Source: Dendrobates tinctorius
Lineage: Eukaryota
Assembly (NCBI RefSeq): GCF_039654945.1
Contig: NW_027361924.1
Location: 6,820,001 to 6,884,000 of the forward strand
Reading direction: 5' to 3'
DNA: 64,000 bases
Below the pieces are notes generated by a model. The model saw nothing but the letters and a program-made list of their open reading frames with translations, ran no database searches and was not told the origin of the DNA. A program made the position numbers and the translations under genes. This document shows, one piece after another, positions 45,157 to 58,300 of this stretch; position 1 is the first letter of the stretch, and every line of letters starts with the position of its first letter.

Positions 45157-48100
45157 AGTGTACAAGAATATAGCTACTATAATACTGCCCCCTATGTACA
45201 AGAATATAACTACTATAATACTGCCCCCTATATACAAGAATATAACTACTATAATACTGCCCCCTATGTATAAGAATATAACTACTATAATACTGCCACT
45301 ATGTACAAGAATATAACTACTATAATACTGCCCCTATGTACAAGAATATAACTACTATAATACTGCCCCCTATGTACAAGAATATAACTACTATAATACT
45401 GTCCCCTATGGACAAGAATATAACTACTATAATACTGCCCCCTATGTACAAGAATATAACTACTATAATACTGTCCCCTATGGACAAGAATATAACTACT
45501 ATAATACTGCCCCCTATGTACAAGAATATAACTACTATAATACTGCCCCCAATATACAAGAATATAGCTACTATAATACTGCCCCCTATGTACAAGAATA
45601 TAACTACTAGAATACTGCCCCCTATGTACAAGAATATAACTACTATAATACTGCCCCCTATGTACAAGAATATAACTACTATAATACTGCCCATATGTAC
45701 AAGAATATAACTACTATAATACTGCCCCCTATGTACAAGAATATAACTACTATAATACTGCCCCTATGTACAAGAATATAACTACTATAATACTGCCCCT
45801 ATGTACAAGAATATAACTACCATATTACTGCCCTCTATGTACAAGAATATAACTACTATAATACTGCCCCCTATGTACAAGAATATAACTACTATAATAC
45901 TGCCCCTATGTACAAGAATATAACTACTATAATACTGCCCCTATGTACAAGAATATAACTACTATAATACTGCCCCCTATGTACAAGAATATAACTACTA
46001 TAATACTGCCCCTATGTACAAGAATATAACTACTATAATACTGCCCCTATGTACAAGAATATAACTACTATAATACTGCTCCTATATACAAGAATATAAC
46101 TACTATAATACTGCCCCCTATGGACAAGAATATAACTACTATAATACTGCCCCCTATGTACAAGAATATAACTACTATAATACTGCCCCCTATGTACAAG
46201 AATATAGCTACTATAATACTGCCCCCCTATGTACAAGAATATAACTACTATAATACTGCCCCTATGTACAAGAATATAACTACTATATTACTGCTCCTAT
46301 GTACAAGAATATAACTACTAGAATAATGCCCCCTATGTACAAGAATATAACTACTATAATACTGCCCCTATGTACAAGAATATAACTACTATAATACTGC
46401 TCCTATATACAAGAATATAACTACTATAATACTGCCCCCTATGTACAAGAATATAACTACTATAATACTGCCCCCTATGTACAAGAATATAACTACTATA
46501 ATACTTCCCCCCATATACAAGAATATAACTACTAGAATACTGCCCCTATGTACAAGAATATAACTACTAGAATACTGCCCCTATGTACAAGAATATAACT
46601 ACTATAATACTGCCCCCTATGTACAAGAATATAACTACTATAATACTGCCCCCTATGTACAAGAATATAACTACTATAATACTGCTCCTATATACAAGAA
46701 TATAACTGCTATAATACTGCCCCCTATGTACAAGAATATAACTACTATAATACTGCCACTATGTACAAGAATATAACTACTATAATACTGCCCCCTATGT
46801 ACAAGAATATAACTACTAGAATACTGCCCCTATGTACAAGAATATAACTACTAGAATACTGCCTCCTATGTACAAGAATATAACTACTATAATACTGCCC
46901 CCTATGTACAGGAATATAACTATTATAATACTACCCCTATGTATAAGAATATAACTACTATAATACTGCCTCCTATGTACAAGAATATAACTATAATACT
47001 GCCCCCTATGTACAAGAATATAACTACTATAATACTGCCCCCTATGTACAGGAATATAACTACTATAATACTACCCCTATGTACAAGAATATAACTATAA
47101 TACTGCCTCCTATGTACAAGAATATAACTACTATAATACTGCCCCCTATGTACAGGAATATAACTACTATAATACTACCCCTATGTACAAGAATATAACT
47201 ACTATAATACTGCCTCCTATGTACAAGAATATAACTATAATACTGCCCCCTATGTACAAGAATATAACTACTATAATACTGCTCCTATGTACAAGAATAT
47301 AACTACTATAATACTGCCTCCTATGTACAAGAATATAACTACTATAATACTGCCCCCTATGTACAGGAATATAACTACTATAATACTACCCCTATGTATA
47401 AGAATATAACTACTATAATACTGCCCCCTATGTACAAGAATATAGTAGAATACTGCCCCTATGTACAAGAATATAACTACTAGAATACTGCCCCCTATGT
47501 ACAAGAATATAACTACTAGAATACTGCCCCTATGTACAAGAATATAACTACTATAATACTGCCTCCTATGTACAAGAATATAACTACTATAATACTGCCC
47601 CCTATGTACAGGAATATAACTACTATAATACTACCCCTATGTATAAGAATATAACTACTATAATACTGCCCCTATGTACAAGAATATAACTACTATAATA
47701 CTGCCCCCTATGAACAAGAATATAACTACTGTAATACTGCTCCTATGTACAAGAATATAACTGCTATAATACTGCCCCCTATGTACAAGAATATAACTAC
47801 TGTAATACTGCCCCTATGTACAAGAATATAACTACTATAATACTGCCCCCTATGTACAAGAATATAACTACTATAATACTGCCTCCTATGTACAAGAATA
47901 TAACTACTATAATACTGCCCCCTATGTACAAGAATATAACTACTATAATACTGCCCCTATGTACAAGAATATAACTACTATAATACTGCCCCTATGTACA
48001 AGAATATAACTACTATAATACTGCCCCTATGTACAAGAATATAACTACTATAATACTGCCCCCTATGTACAAGAATATAACTACTATAATACTGCCTCCT

Positions 48101-51100
48101 ATGTACAAGAATATAACTACTATAATACTGCTCCCTATGTACAGGAATATAACTACTATAATACTGCCCCCTATGTACAGGAATATACTATAATACTGCC
48201 CCCTATGTACAAGAATATAACTACTATAATACTGCCTCCTATGTACAAGAATATAACTACTATAATACTGCCCCCTATGTACAAGAATATAACTACTATA
48301 ATACTGCCCCTATGTACAAGAATATAACTACTATAATACTGCCCCCTATGTACAAGAATATAACTACTGTAATACTGCTCCTATGTACAAGAATATAACT
48401 GCTATAATACTGCCCCCTATGTACAAGAATATAACTACTGTAATACTGCCCCTATGTACAAGAATATAACTACTGTAATACTGCCCCTATGTACAAGAAT
48501 ATAACTACTATAATACTGCCCCCTATGTACAAGAATATAACTACTATAATACTGCCTCCTATGTACAAGAATATAACTACTATAATACTGCCCCCTATGT
48601 ACAAGAATATAACTACTATAATACTGCCCCTATGTACAAGATTATAACTACTATAATACTGCCCCTATGTACAAGAATATAACTACTATAATACTGCCCC
48701 TATGTACAAGAATATAACTACTATAATACTGCCCCTATGTACAAGAATATAACAACTATAATACTGCCCCCTATGTACAAGAATATAACTACTATAATAC
48801 TGCCTCCTATGTACAAGAATATAACTACTATAATACTGCTCCCTATGTACAGGAATATAACTACTATAATACTGCCCCCTATGTACAGGAATATAACTAC
48901 TATAATACTGCCCCCTATGTACAAGAATATAACTACTATAATACTGCCTCCTATGTACAAGAATATAACTACTATAATACTGCCCCCTATGTACAAGAAT
49001 ATAACTACTATAATACTGCCTCCTATGTACAAGAATATAACTACTATAATACTGCTCCCTATGTACAGGAATATAACTACTATAATACTGCCCCCTATGT
49101 ACAGGAATATAACTACTATAATACTGCCCCCTATGTACAAGAATATAACTACTGTAATACTGCCTCCTATGTACAAGAATATAACTACTGTAATACTGCC
49201 CCCTATGTACAAGAATATAACTACTGTAATACTGCCCCTGTGTACAAGAATATAACTACTATAATACTGCCCCCTATGTACAAGAATATAACTACTATAA
49301 TACTGCCTCCTATGTACAAGAATATAACTACTATAATACTGCCCCCTATGTACAAGAATATAACTACTATAATACTGCCCCTATGTACAAGAATATAACT
49401 ACTATAATACTGCCCCTATGTACAAGAATATAACTACTATAATACTGCCCCTATGTACAAGAATATAACTACTATAATACTGCCCCTATGTACAAGAATA
49501 TAACTACTATAATACTGCCCCCTATGTACAAGAATATAACTACTATAATACTGCCTCCTATGTACAAGAATATAACTACTATAATACTGCCCCTATGTAC
49601 AAGAATATAACTACTATAATACTGCCCCTATGTACAAGAATATAACTACTATAATACTGCCCCCTATGTACAAGAATATAACTACTATAATACTGTCCCC
49701 TATGGACAAGAATATAACTACTATAATACTGCCCCCTATGTACAAGAATATAACTACTATAATACTGTCCCCTATGGACAAGAATATAACTACTATAATA
49801 CTGCCCCCTATGTACAAGAATATAACTACTATAATACTGCCCCCAATATACAAGAATATAGCTACTATAATACTGCCCCCTATGTACAAGAATATAACTA
49901 CTAGAATACTGCCCCCTATGTACAAGAATATAACTACTATAATACTGCCCCCTATGTACAAGAATATAACTACTATAATACTGCCCATATGTACAAGAAT
50001 ATAACTACTATAATACTGCCCCCTATGTACAAGAATATAACTACTATAATACTGCCCCTATGTACAAGAATATAACTACTATAATACTGCCCCTATGTAC
50101 AAGAATATAACTACCATATTACTGCCCTCTATGTACAAGAATATAACTACTATAATACTGCCCCCTATGTACAAGAATATAACTACTATAATACTGCCCC
50201 TATGTACAAGAATATAACTACTATAATACTGCCCCTATGTACAAGAATATAACTACTATAATACTGCCCCCTATGTACAAGAATATAACTACTATAATAC
50301 TGCCCCTATGTACAAGAATATAACTACTATAATACTGCCCCTATGTACAAGAATATAACTACTATAATACTGCTCCTATATACAAGAATATAACTACTAT
50401 AATACTGCCCCCTATGGACAAGAATATAACTACTATAATACTGCCCCCTATGTACAAGAATATAACTACTATAATACTGCCCCCTATGTACAAGAATATA
50501 GCTACTATAATACTGCCCCCCTATGTACAAGAATATAACTACTATAATACTGCCCCTATGTACAAGAATATAACTACTATATTACTGCTCCTATGTACAA
50601 GAATATAACTACTAGAATAATGCCCCCTATGTACAAGAATATAACTACTATAATACTGCCCCTATGTACAAGAATATAACTACTATAATACTGCTCCTAT
50701 ATACAAGAATATAACTACTATAATACTGCCCCCTATGTACAAGAATATAACTACTATAATACTGCCCCCTATGTACAAGAATATAACTACTATAATACTT
50801 CCCCCCATATACAAGAATATAACTACTAGAATACTGCCCCTATGTACAAGAATATAACTACTAGAATACTGCCCCTATGTACAAGAATATAACTACTATA
50901 ATACTGCCCCCTATGTACAAGAATATAACTACTATAATACTGCCTCCTATGTACAAGAATATAACTACTATAATACTGCCCCCTATGTACAAGAATATAA
51001 CTACTATAATACTGCCCCTATGTACAAGAATATAACTACTATAATACTGCCCCTATGTACAAGAATATAACTACTATAATACTGCCCCTATGTACAAGAA

Positions 51101-53857
51101 TATAACTACTATAATACTGCCCCCTATGTACAAGAATATAACTACTATAATACTGCCTCCTATGTACAAGAATATAACTACTATAATACTGCTCCCTATG
51201 TACAGGAATATAACTACTATAATACTGCCCCCTATGTACAGGAATATAACTACTATAATACTGCCCCCTATGTACAAGAATATAACTACTATAATACTGC
51301 CTCCTATGTACAAGAATATAACTACTATAATACTGCCCCCTATGTACAAGAATATAACTACTATAATACTGCCCCTATGTACAAGAATATAACTACTATA
51401 ATACTGCCCCCTATGTACAAGAATATAACTACTGTAATACTGCTCCTATGTACAAGAATATAACTGCTATAATACTGCCCCCTATGTACAAGAATATAAC
51501 TACTGTAATACTGCCCCTATGTACAAGAATATAACTACTATAATACTGCCCCCTATGTACAAGAATATAACTACTATAATACTGCCTCCTATGTACAAGA
51601 ATATAACTACTATAATACTGCCCCCTATGTACAAGAATATAACTACTATAATACTGCCCCTATGTACAAGATTATAACTACTATAATACTGCCCCTATGT
51701 ACAAGAATATAACTACTATAATACTGCCCCTATGTACAAGAATATAACTACTATAATACTGCCCCTATGTACAAGAATATAACAACTATAATACTGCCCC
51801 CTATGTACAAGAATATAACTACTATAATACTGCCTCCTATGTACAAGAATATAACTACTATAATACTGCTCCCTATGTACAGGAATATAACTACTATAAT
51901 ACTGCCCCCTATGTACAGGAATATAACTACTATAATACTGCCCCCTATGTACAAGAATATAACTACTATAATACTGCCTCCTATGTACAAGAATATAACT
52001 ACTATAATACTGCCCCCTATGTACAAGAATATAACTACTATAATACTGCCTCCTATGTACAAGAATATAACTACTATAATACTGCTCCCTATGTACAGGA
52101 ATATAACTACTATAATACTGCCCCCTATGTACAGGAATATAACTACTATAATACTGCCCCCTATGTACAAGAATATAACTACTGTAATACTGCCTCCTAT
52201 GTACAAGAATATAACTACTGTAATACTGCCCCCTATGTACAAGAATATAACTACTGTAATACTGCCCCTGTGTACAAGAATATAACTACTATAATACTGC
52301 CCCCTATGTACAAGAATATAACTACTATAATACTGCCTCCTATGTACAAGAATATAACTACTATAATACTGCCCCCTATGTACAAGAATATAACTACTAT
52401 AATACTGCCCCTATGTACAAGAATATAACTACTATAATACTGCCCCTATGTACAAGAATATAACTACTATAATACTGCCCCTATGTACAAGAATATAACT
52501 ACTATAATACTGCCCCTATGTACAAGAATATAACTACTATATTACTGCCCCCTATGTACAAGAATATAACTACTATAATACTGCCTCCTATGTACAAGAA
52601 TATAACTACTATAATACTGCCCCTATGTACAAGAATATAACTACTATAATACTGCCCCTATGTACAAGAATATAACTACTATAATACTGCCCCCTATGTA
52701 CAAGAATATAACTACTATAATACTGCCCCTATGTACAAGAATATAACTACTATAATACTGCCCCTATGTACAAGAATATAACTACTATAATACTGCCCCT
52801 ATGTACAAGAATATAACTACTATAATACTGCCTCCTATGTACAAGAATATAACTACTATAATACTGCCCCCTATGTACAGGAATATAACTACTATAATAC
52901 TACCCCTATGTATAAGAATATAACTACTATAATACTGCCCCCTATGTACAAGAATATACTAAAATACTGCCCCTATGTACAAGAATATAACTACTAGAAT
53001 ACTGCCCCCTATGTACAAGAATATAACTACTAGAATACTGCCCCTATGTACAAGAATATAACTACTATAATACTGCCTCCTATGTACAAGAATATAACTA
53101 CTATAATACTGCCCCCTATGTACAGGAATATAACTACTATAATACTACCCCTATGTATAAGAATATAACTACTATAATACTGCCCCTATGTACAAGAATA
53201 TAACTACTATAATACTGCCCCCTATGTACAAGAATATAACTACTGTAATACTGCTCCTATGTACAAGAATATAACTGCTATAATACTGCCCCCTATGTAC
53301 AAGAATATAACTACTGTAATACTGCCCCTATGTACAAGAATATAACTACTATAATACTGCGCCCTATGTACAAGAATAGAACTACTATAATACTGCCTCC
53401 TATGTACAAGAATATAACTACTATAATACTGCCCCCTATGTACAAGAATATAACTACTATAATACTGCCCCTATGTACAAGAATATAACTACTATAATAC
53501 TGCCCCTATGTACAAGAATATAACTACTATAATACTGCCCCTATGTACAAGAATATAACTACTATAATACTGCCCCTATGTACAAGAATATAACTACTAT
53601 AATACTGCCCCCTATGTACAAGAATATAACTACTATAATACTGCCTCCTATGTACAAGAATATAACTACTATAATACTGTCCCCTATGTACAGGAATATA
53701 ACTACTATAATACTGCCCCCTATGTACAAGAATATAACTACTATAATACTGCCCCTATATACAAGAATATAACTACTATAATACTGCCCCCTATGTAGAG
53801 GAATATATCTACTATAATACTGCTCCTATGTACAAAAATATAACTACTATAATACTA
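45157..53857. repeat. 8.7-kb satellite, 35-36 bp unit ATGTACAAGAATATAACTACTATAATACTGCCCCCT, in the last SMIM22 intron
   Basis: Roughly 245 units with kb-scale internal duplications. Confidence 0.98.
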
Positions 53858-54737
53858 TCTTCTCATTGTGTCCTTGTACTTTTGTCTCCTCGTTATCGTT
53901 AGTGAGATATTATGAGCTGTTATCTGTCAGTTGATTACACATTATTACGGTACATATTATTGCGGTATAGATAGGACAGTCATTTTCCTGTCCTGTTTCC
54001 GCACCTAGAGATAAGTCAGGCTTTGCTACCATTGTACTGTATGTACTGCGATGTGGCGACCCTCTCCCTGTCGGTGTTCCGCCTGCCCCCCATACTCATT
54101 TCCTCTCCTATATTTATTGGGGGTTTGTCGGGGATATTATTATTGCTGATATTCGGGATGATGAGATTTTTGGGGATTATCCTCTCACTGATATATCTCC
54201 TCCAGTCTCTGCAGCCAGAATCAGATTATTATTTTCTATGGCTGAATGACTTGGAAATCAGAAATTGCGGCATTACTGGGAGGGTGACGTGATATGGCGG
54301 CACTCTATGTAACGCTAGATTTATAGTATAGGGTCTCTGTGTCGCCGGGGACGTTAATATTGGACTGTGTATAGAATTGACTCATTATTTTGTCTGGTTG
54401 TCTCGTTTGGCTGCTCTATACTGCTGATATTTTGGGTAAGGTATGGCGGTTACCTAAATAGCGCCTGGTATTTGTGCACTATGTGGTGGTATTATTTAGG
54501 CATGTATTGGAATGATGATGTCTCATACAACGTAAGATGGACTTTTCTGTTAACTCTAGGAGTGTCGAGACCTAATCCAAGAGGGCACCCGAGGAGCAAG
54601 GTGTCTCCTCCGCCGGCCGAGGTTTGCCTGTTGTTTTTTTGCACTTGCGCCATGAATTCATTGGCTGCACGTTGCGTCTTAGCGGAGCTGACAGCTCGGT
54701 CCGCCGGGAGAAGGCGACAGGCGCAGACTCGTGTTAC

Positions 54738-54820
54738 CTTGTCAACTTGGGAATCGCAGTCACAACAACAGCAGCAAAAGCATCTGATGAGGACCAGGAG
54801 GATGAGGAGGAGGATGAGCC
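54738..54820 (-). CDS. SMIM22: SMIM22 internal coding exon (GLILLLILLVLIRCFCCCCCDCDSQVDK; TM helix + Cys cluster)
   Basis: ccccAG acceptor, AAG|GTAACA donor, phase 0 join to 45120; TM followed by poly-Cys as in SMIM22. The start exon was not found in the window. Confidence 0.82.
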
Positions 54821-55398
54821 CTGGGGACAGAAGGACGGATGACAGATGGGTCCACGGCACATAACATGATGGGTGATCGTATCCAGCCTGTGCACACTTC
54901 CATCACTTCCCTAGACTTCACTCTTCTCCCAATAATCAGGCAGAGCAAACCGGCTACCGATCACCCGGCGACGGAGAAACACAATTGTTCGTCGGGTGAA
55001 ACAATCTTTTGATTTGCACAAAACATCATTGGACTCGGCAGCACGTTGTTCTGAGTAACCAGTGTGTGCTGCTGAGAGCAATGGCTGCCTGTGCGCAGTG
55101 AGCGACGTGTTACAGGTCGTTCAGAGCTCATCCGGAGCGCGGTCTGCCTGTGTAGACAGCAAACACCGGCACTCAACAAGTCACTCAGTGGCCACCTCGG
55201 CATATACTCAGGTGGTCAAAAGCAAAACTCACTGACTCTCCCAAGCACACGCTCAGGTACGAGATAACTTACCTAGAAGCTCATCTAAGCATCGGGTACT
55301 CGATAACTCACTCATTGAGGAGGACCCGGCGCTCAAGAGTTCACTCACTTAGAGATTTGGGCATTCGATTACCCTCTCTTCAATAGCTGACATACCTA

Positions 55399-58300
55399 CT
55401 GAGGCGCTCAGTGTTTCCTCCATCACCTCCCTCACTTGCTCACACTCAGTCTCTATGTTACCCCCTGAGGTGCTCAGTGTTTCCTCCATCACCTCCCTCA
55501 CTTGCTCACACTCAGTCTCTATGTTACCCCCTGAGGCTCTCAGTGTTTCCTCCATCACCTCCCTCACTTGCTCACACTCAGTCTCTATGTTACCCCCTGA
55601 GGCTCTCAGTGTTTCCTCCATCACCTCCCTCACTTGCTCACACTCAGTCTCTATGTTACCCCCTGAGGTGCTCAGTGTTTCCTCCATCACCTCCCTCACT
55701 TGCTCACACTCAGTCTCTATGTTACCCCCTGAGGCTCTCAGTGTTTCCTCCATCACCACCCTCACTTGCTCACACTCAGTCCCTATGTTACCTCCTGAGG
55801 TGCTCAGTGTTTCCTCCATCACCACCCTCACTTGCTCACACTCAGTCTCTTTGTTATCCCCTGAGGCGCTCAGTGTTTCCTCCATCACCACCCTCACTTC
55901 CTCACACTCAGTCCCTATGTTACCCCCTGAGGCGCTCAGTGTTTCCTCCATCACCACCCTCACTTGCTCACACTCAGTCTCTATGTTACCCCCTGAGGCG
56001 CTCAGTGTTTCCTCCATCACCACCCTCACTTGCTCACACTCAGTCTCTATGTTATCCCCTGAGGCGCTCAGTGTTTCCTCCATCACCACCCTCACTTGCT
56101 CACACTCAGTCCCTGTTACCCCCTGAGGCGCTCAGTGTTTCCTCCATCACCACCCTCACTTGCTCACACTCAGTCTCTATGTTACCCCCTGAGGCGCTCA
56201 GTGTTTCCTCCATCACCTCCCTCACTTGCTCACACTCAGTCTCTATGTTATCCCCTGAGGCGCTCAGTGTTTCCTCCATCATCACCCTCACTTGCTCACA
56301 CTCAGTCCCTGTTACCCCCTGAGGCGCTCAGTGTTTCCTCCATCACCACCCTCACTTGCTCACACTCAGTCTCTATGTTACCCCCTGAGGCGCTCAGTGT
56401 TTCCTCCATCACCACCCTCACTTGCTCACACTCAGTCTCTATGTTATCCCCTGAGGCGCTCAGTGTTTCCTCCATCACCACCCTCACTTGCTCACACTCA
56501 GTCTCTATGTTACCCCCTGAGGCGCTCAGTGTTTCCTCCATCACCACCCTCACTTGCTCACACTCAGTCCCTATGTTACCCCCTGAGGTGCTCAGTGTTT
56601 CCTCCATCACCACCCTCACTTGCTCACACTCAGTCTCTATGTTACCCCCTGAGGCGCTCAATGTTTCCTCCATCACCACCCTCACTAGCTCACACTCAGT
56701 CCCTATGATACCCCCTGAGGTGCTCAGTGTTTCCTCCATCACCACCCTCACTTGCTCACACTCAGTCTCTATGTTACCCCCTGAGGTGCTCAGTGTTTCC
56801 TCCATCACCACCCTCACTTGCTCACACTCAGTCCCTATGTTATCCCCTGAGGCGCTCAGTGTTTCCTCCATCACCACCCTCACTTGCTCACACTCAGTCC
56901 CTATGTTATCCCCTGAGGCGCTCAGTGTTTCCTCCATCACCTCCCTCACTTGCTCACACTCAGTCCCTATGTTATCCCCTGAGGCGCTCAGTGTTTCCTC
57001 CATCACCACCCTCACTTGCTCACACTCAGTCTCTATGTTACCCCCTGAGGTGCTCAGTGTTTCCTCCATCACCACCCTCACTTGCTCACACTCAGTCCCT
57101 ATGTTATCCCCTGAAGCGCTCAATGTTTCCTCCATCATACCCTCACTTGCTCACACTCAGTCCCTATGTTACCCCCTGAGGCACTCAGTGTTTCCTCCAT
57201 CACCTCCCTCACTTGCTCACACTCAGTCTCTATGTTACCCCCTGAGGCGCTCAGTGTTTCCTCCATCACCACCCTCACTTGCTCACACTCAGTCTCTATG
57301 TTATCCCCTGAGGCGCTCAGTATTTCCTCCATCACCACCCTCACTTGCTCACACTCAGTCCCTATGTTACCCCCTGAGGCACTCAGTGTTTCCTCCATCA
57401 CCACCCTCACTTGCTCACACTCAGTCTCTATGTTACCCCCTGAGGCGCTCAGTGTTTCCTCCATCACCACCCTCACTTGCTCACACTCAGTCTCTATGTT
57501 ATCCCCTGAGGCTCTCAGTGTTTCCTCCATCACCACCCTCACTTGCTCACACTCAGTCCCTATGTTACCCCCTGAGGCGCTCAGTGTTTCCTCCATCACC
57601 ACCCTCACTTGCTCACACTCAGTCTCTATGTTACCCCCTGAGGCGCTCAGTGTTTCCTCCATCACCACCCTCACTTGCTCACACTCAGTCTCTATGTTAC
57701 CCCCTGAGGCGCTCAGTGTTTCCTCCATCACCACCCTCACTTGCTCACACTCAGTCCCTATGTTACCCCCTGAGGTGCTCAGTGTTTCCTCCATCACCAC
57801 CCTCACTTGCTCACACTCAGTCTCTATGTTACCCCCTGAGGCGCTCAGTGTTTCCTCCATCACCACACTCACTTGCTCACACTCAGTCTCTATGTTACCC
57901 CCTGAGGCGCTCAGTGTTTCCTCCATCACCACCCTCACTTGCTCACACTCAGTCTCTATGTTACCCCCTGAGGCGCTCAATGTTTCCTCCATCACCACCC
58001 TCACTTGCTCACACTCAGTCTCTATGTTACCCACTGAGGCGCTCAATGTTTCCTCCATCACCTCCCTCACTTGCTCACACTCAGTCCCTGTTACCCCCTG
58101 AGGTGCTCAGTGTTTCCTCCATCACCACCCTCACTTGCTCACACTCAGTCTCTATGTTACCCCCTGAGGCGCTCAGTGTTTCCTCCATCACCACCCTCAC
58201 TTGCTCACACTCAGTCCCTATGTTACCCCCTGAGGTGCTCAGTGTTTCCTCCATCACCACCCTCACTTGCTCACACTCAGTCTCTATGTTACCCCCTGAG

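Noticed and set aside
45157-53857. CRISPR-like regular 36-bp repeats and MYKNITTIILPP ORFs
   Set aside because: Head-to-tail units with no unique spacers, no cas genes, and a eukaryotic context.
55273-55315. Minus-strand ATG...CTAG|GTAAGT mini-exon (MSELSSTRCLDELL) in phase with the SMIM22 TM exon
   Set aside because: The peptide does not resemble the SMIM22 N-terminus and there is no promoter evidence. It could only be a minor alternative start.
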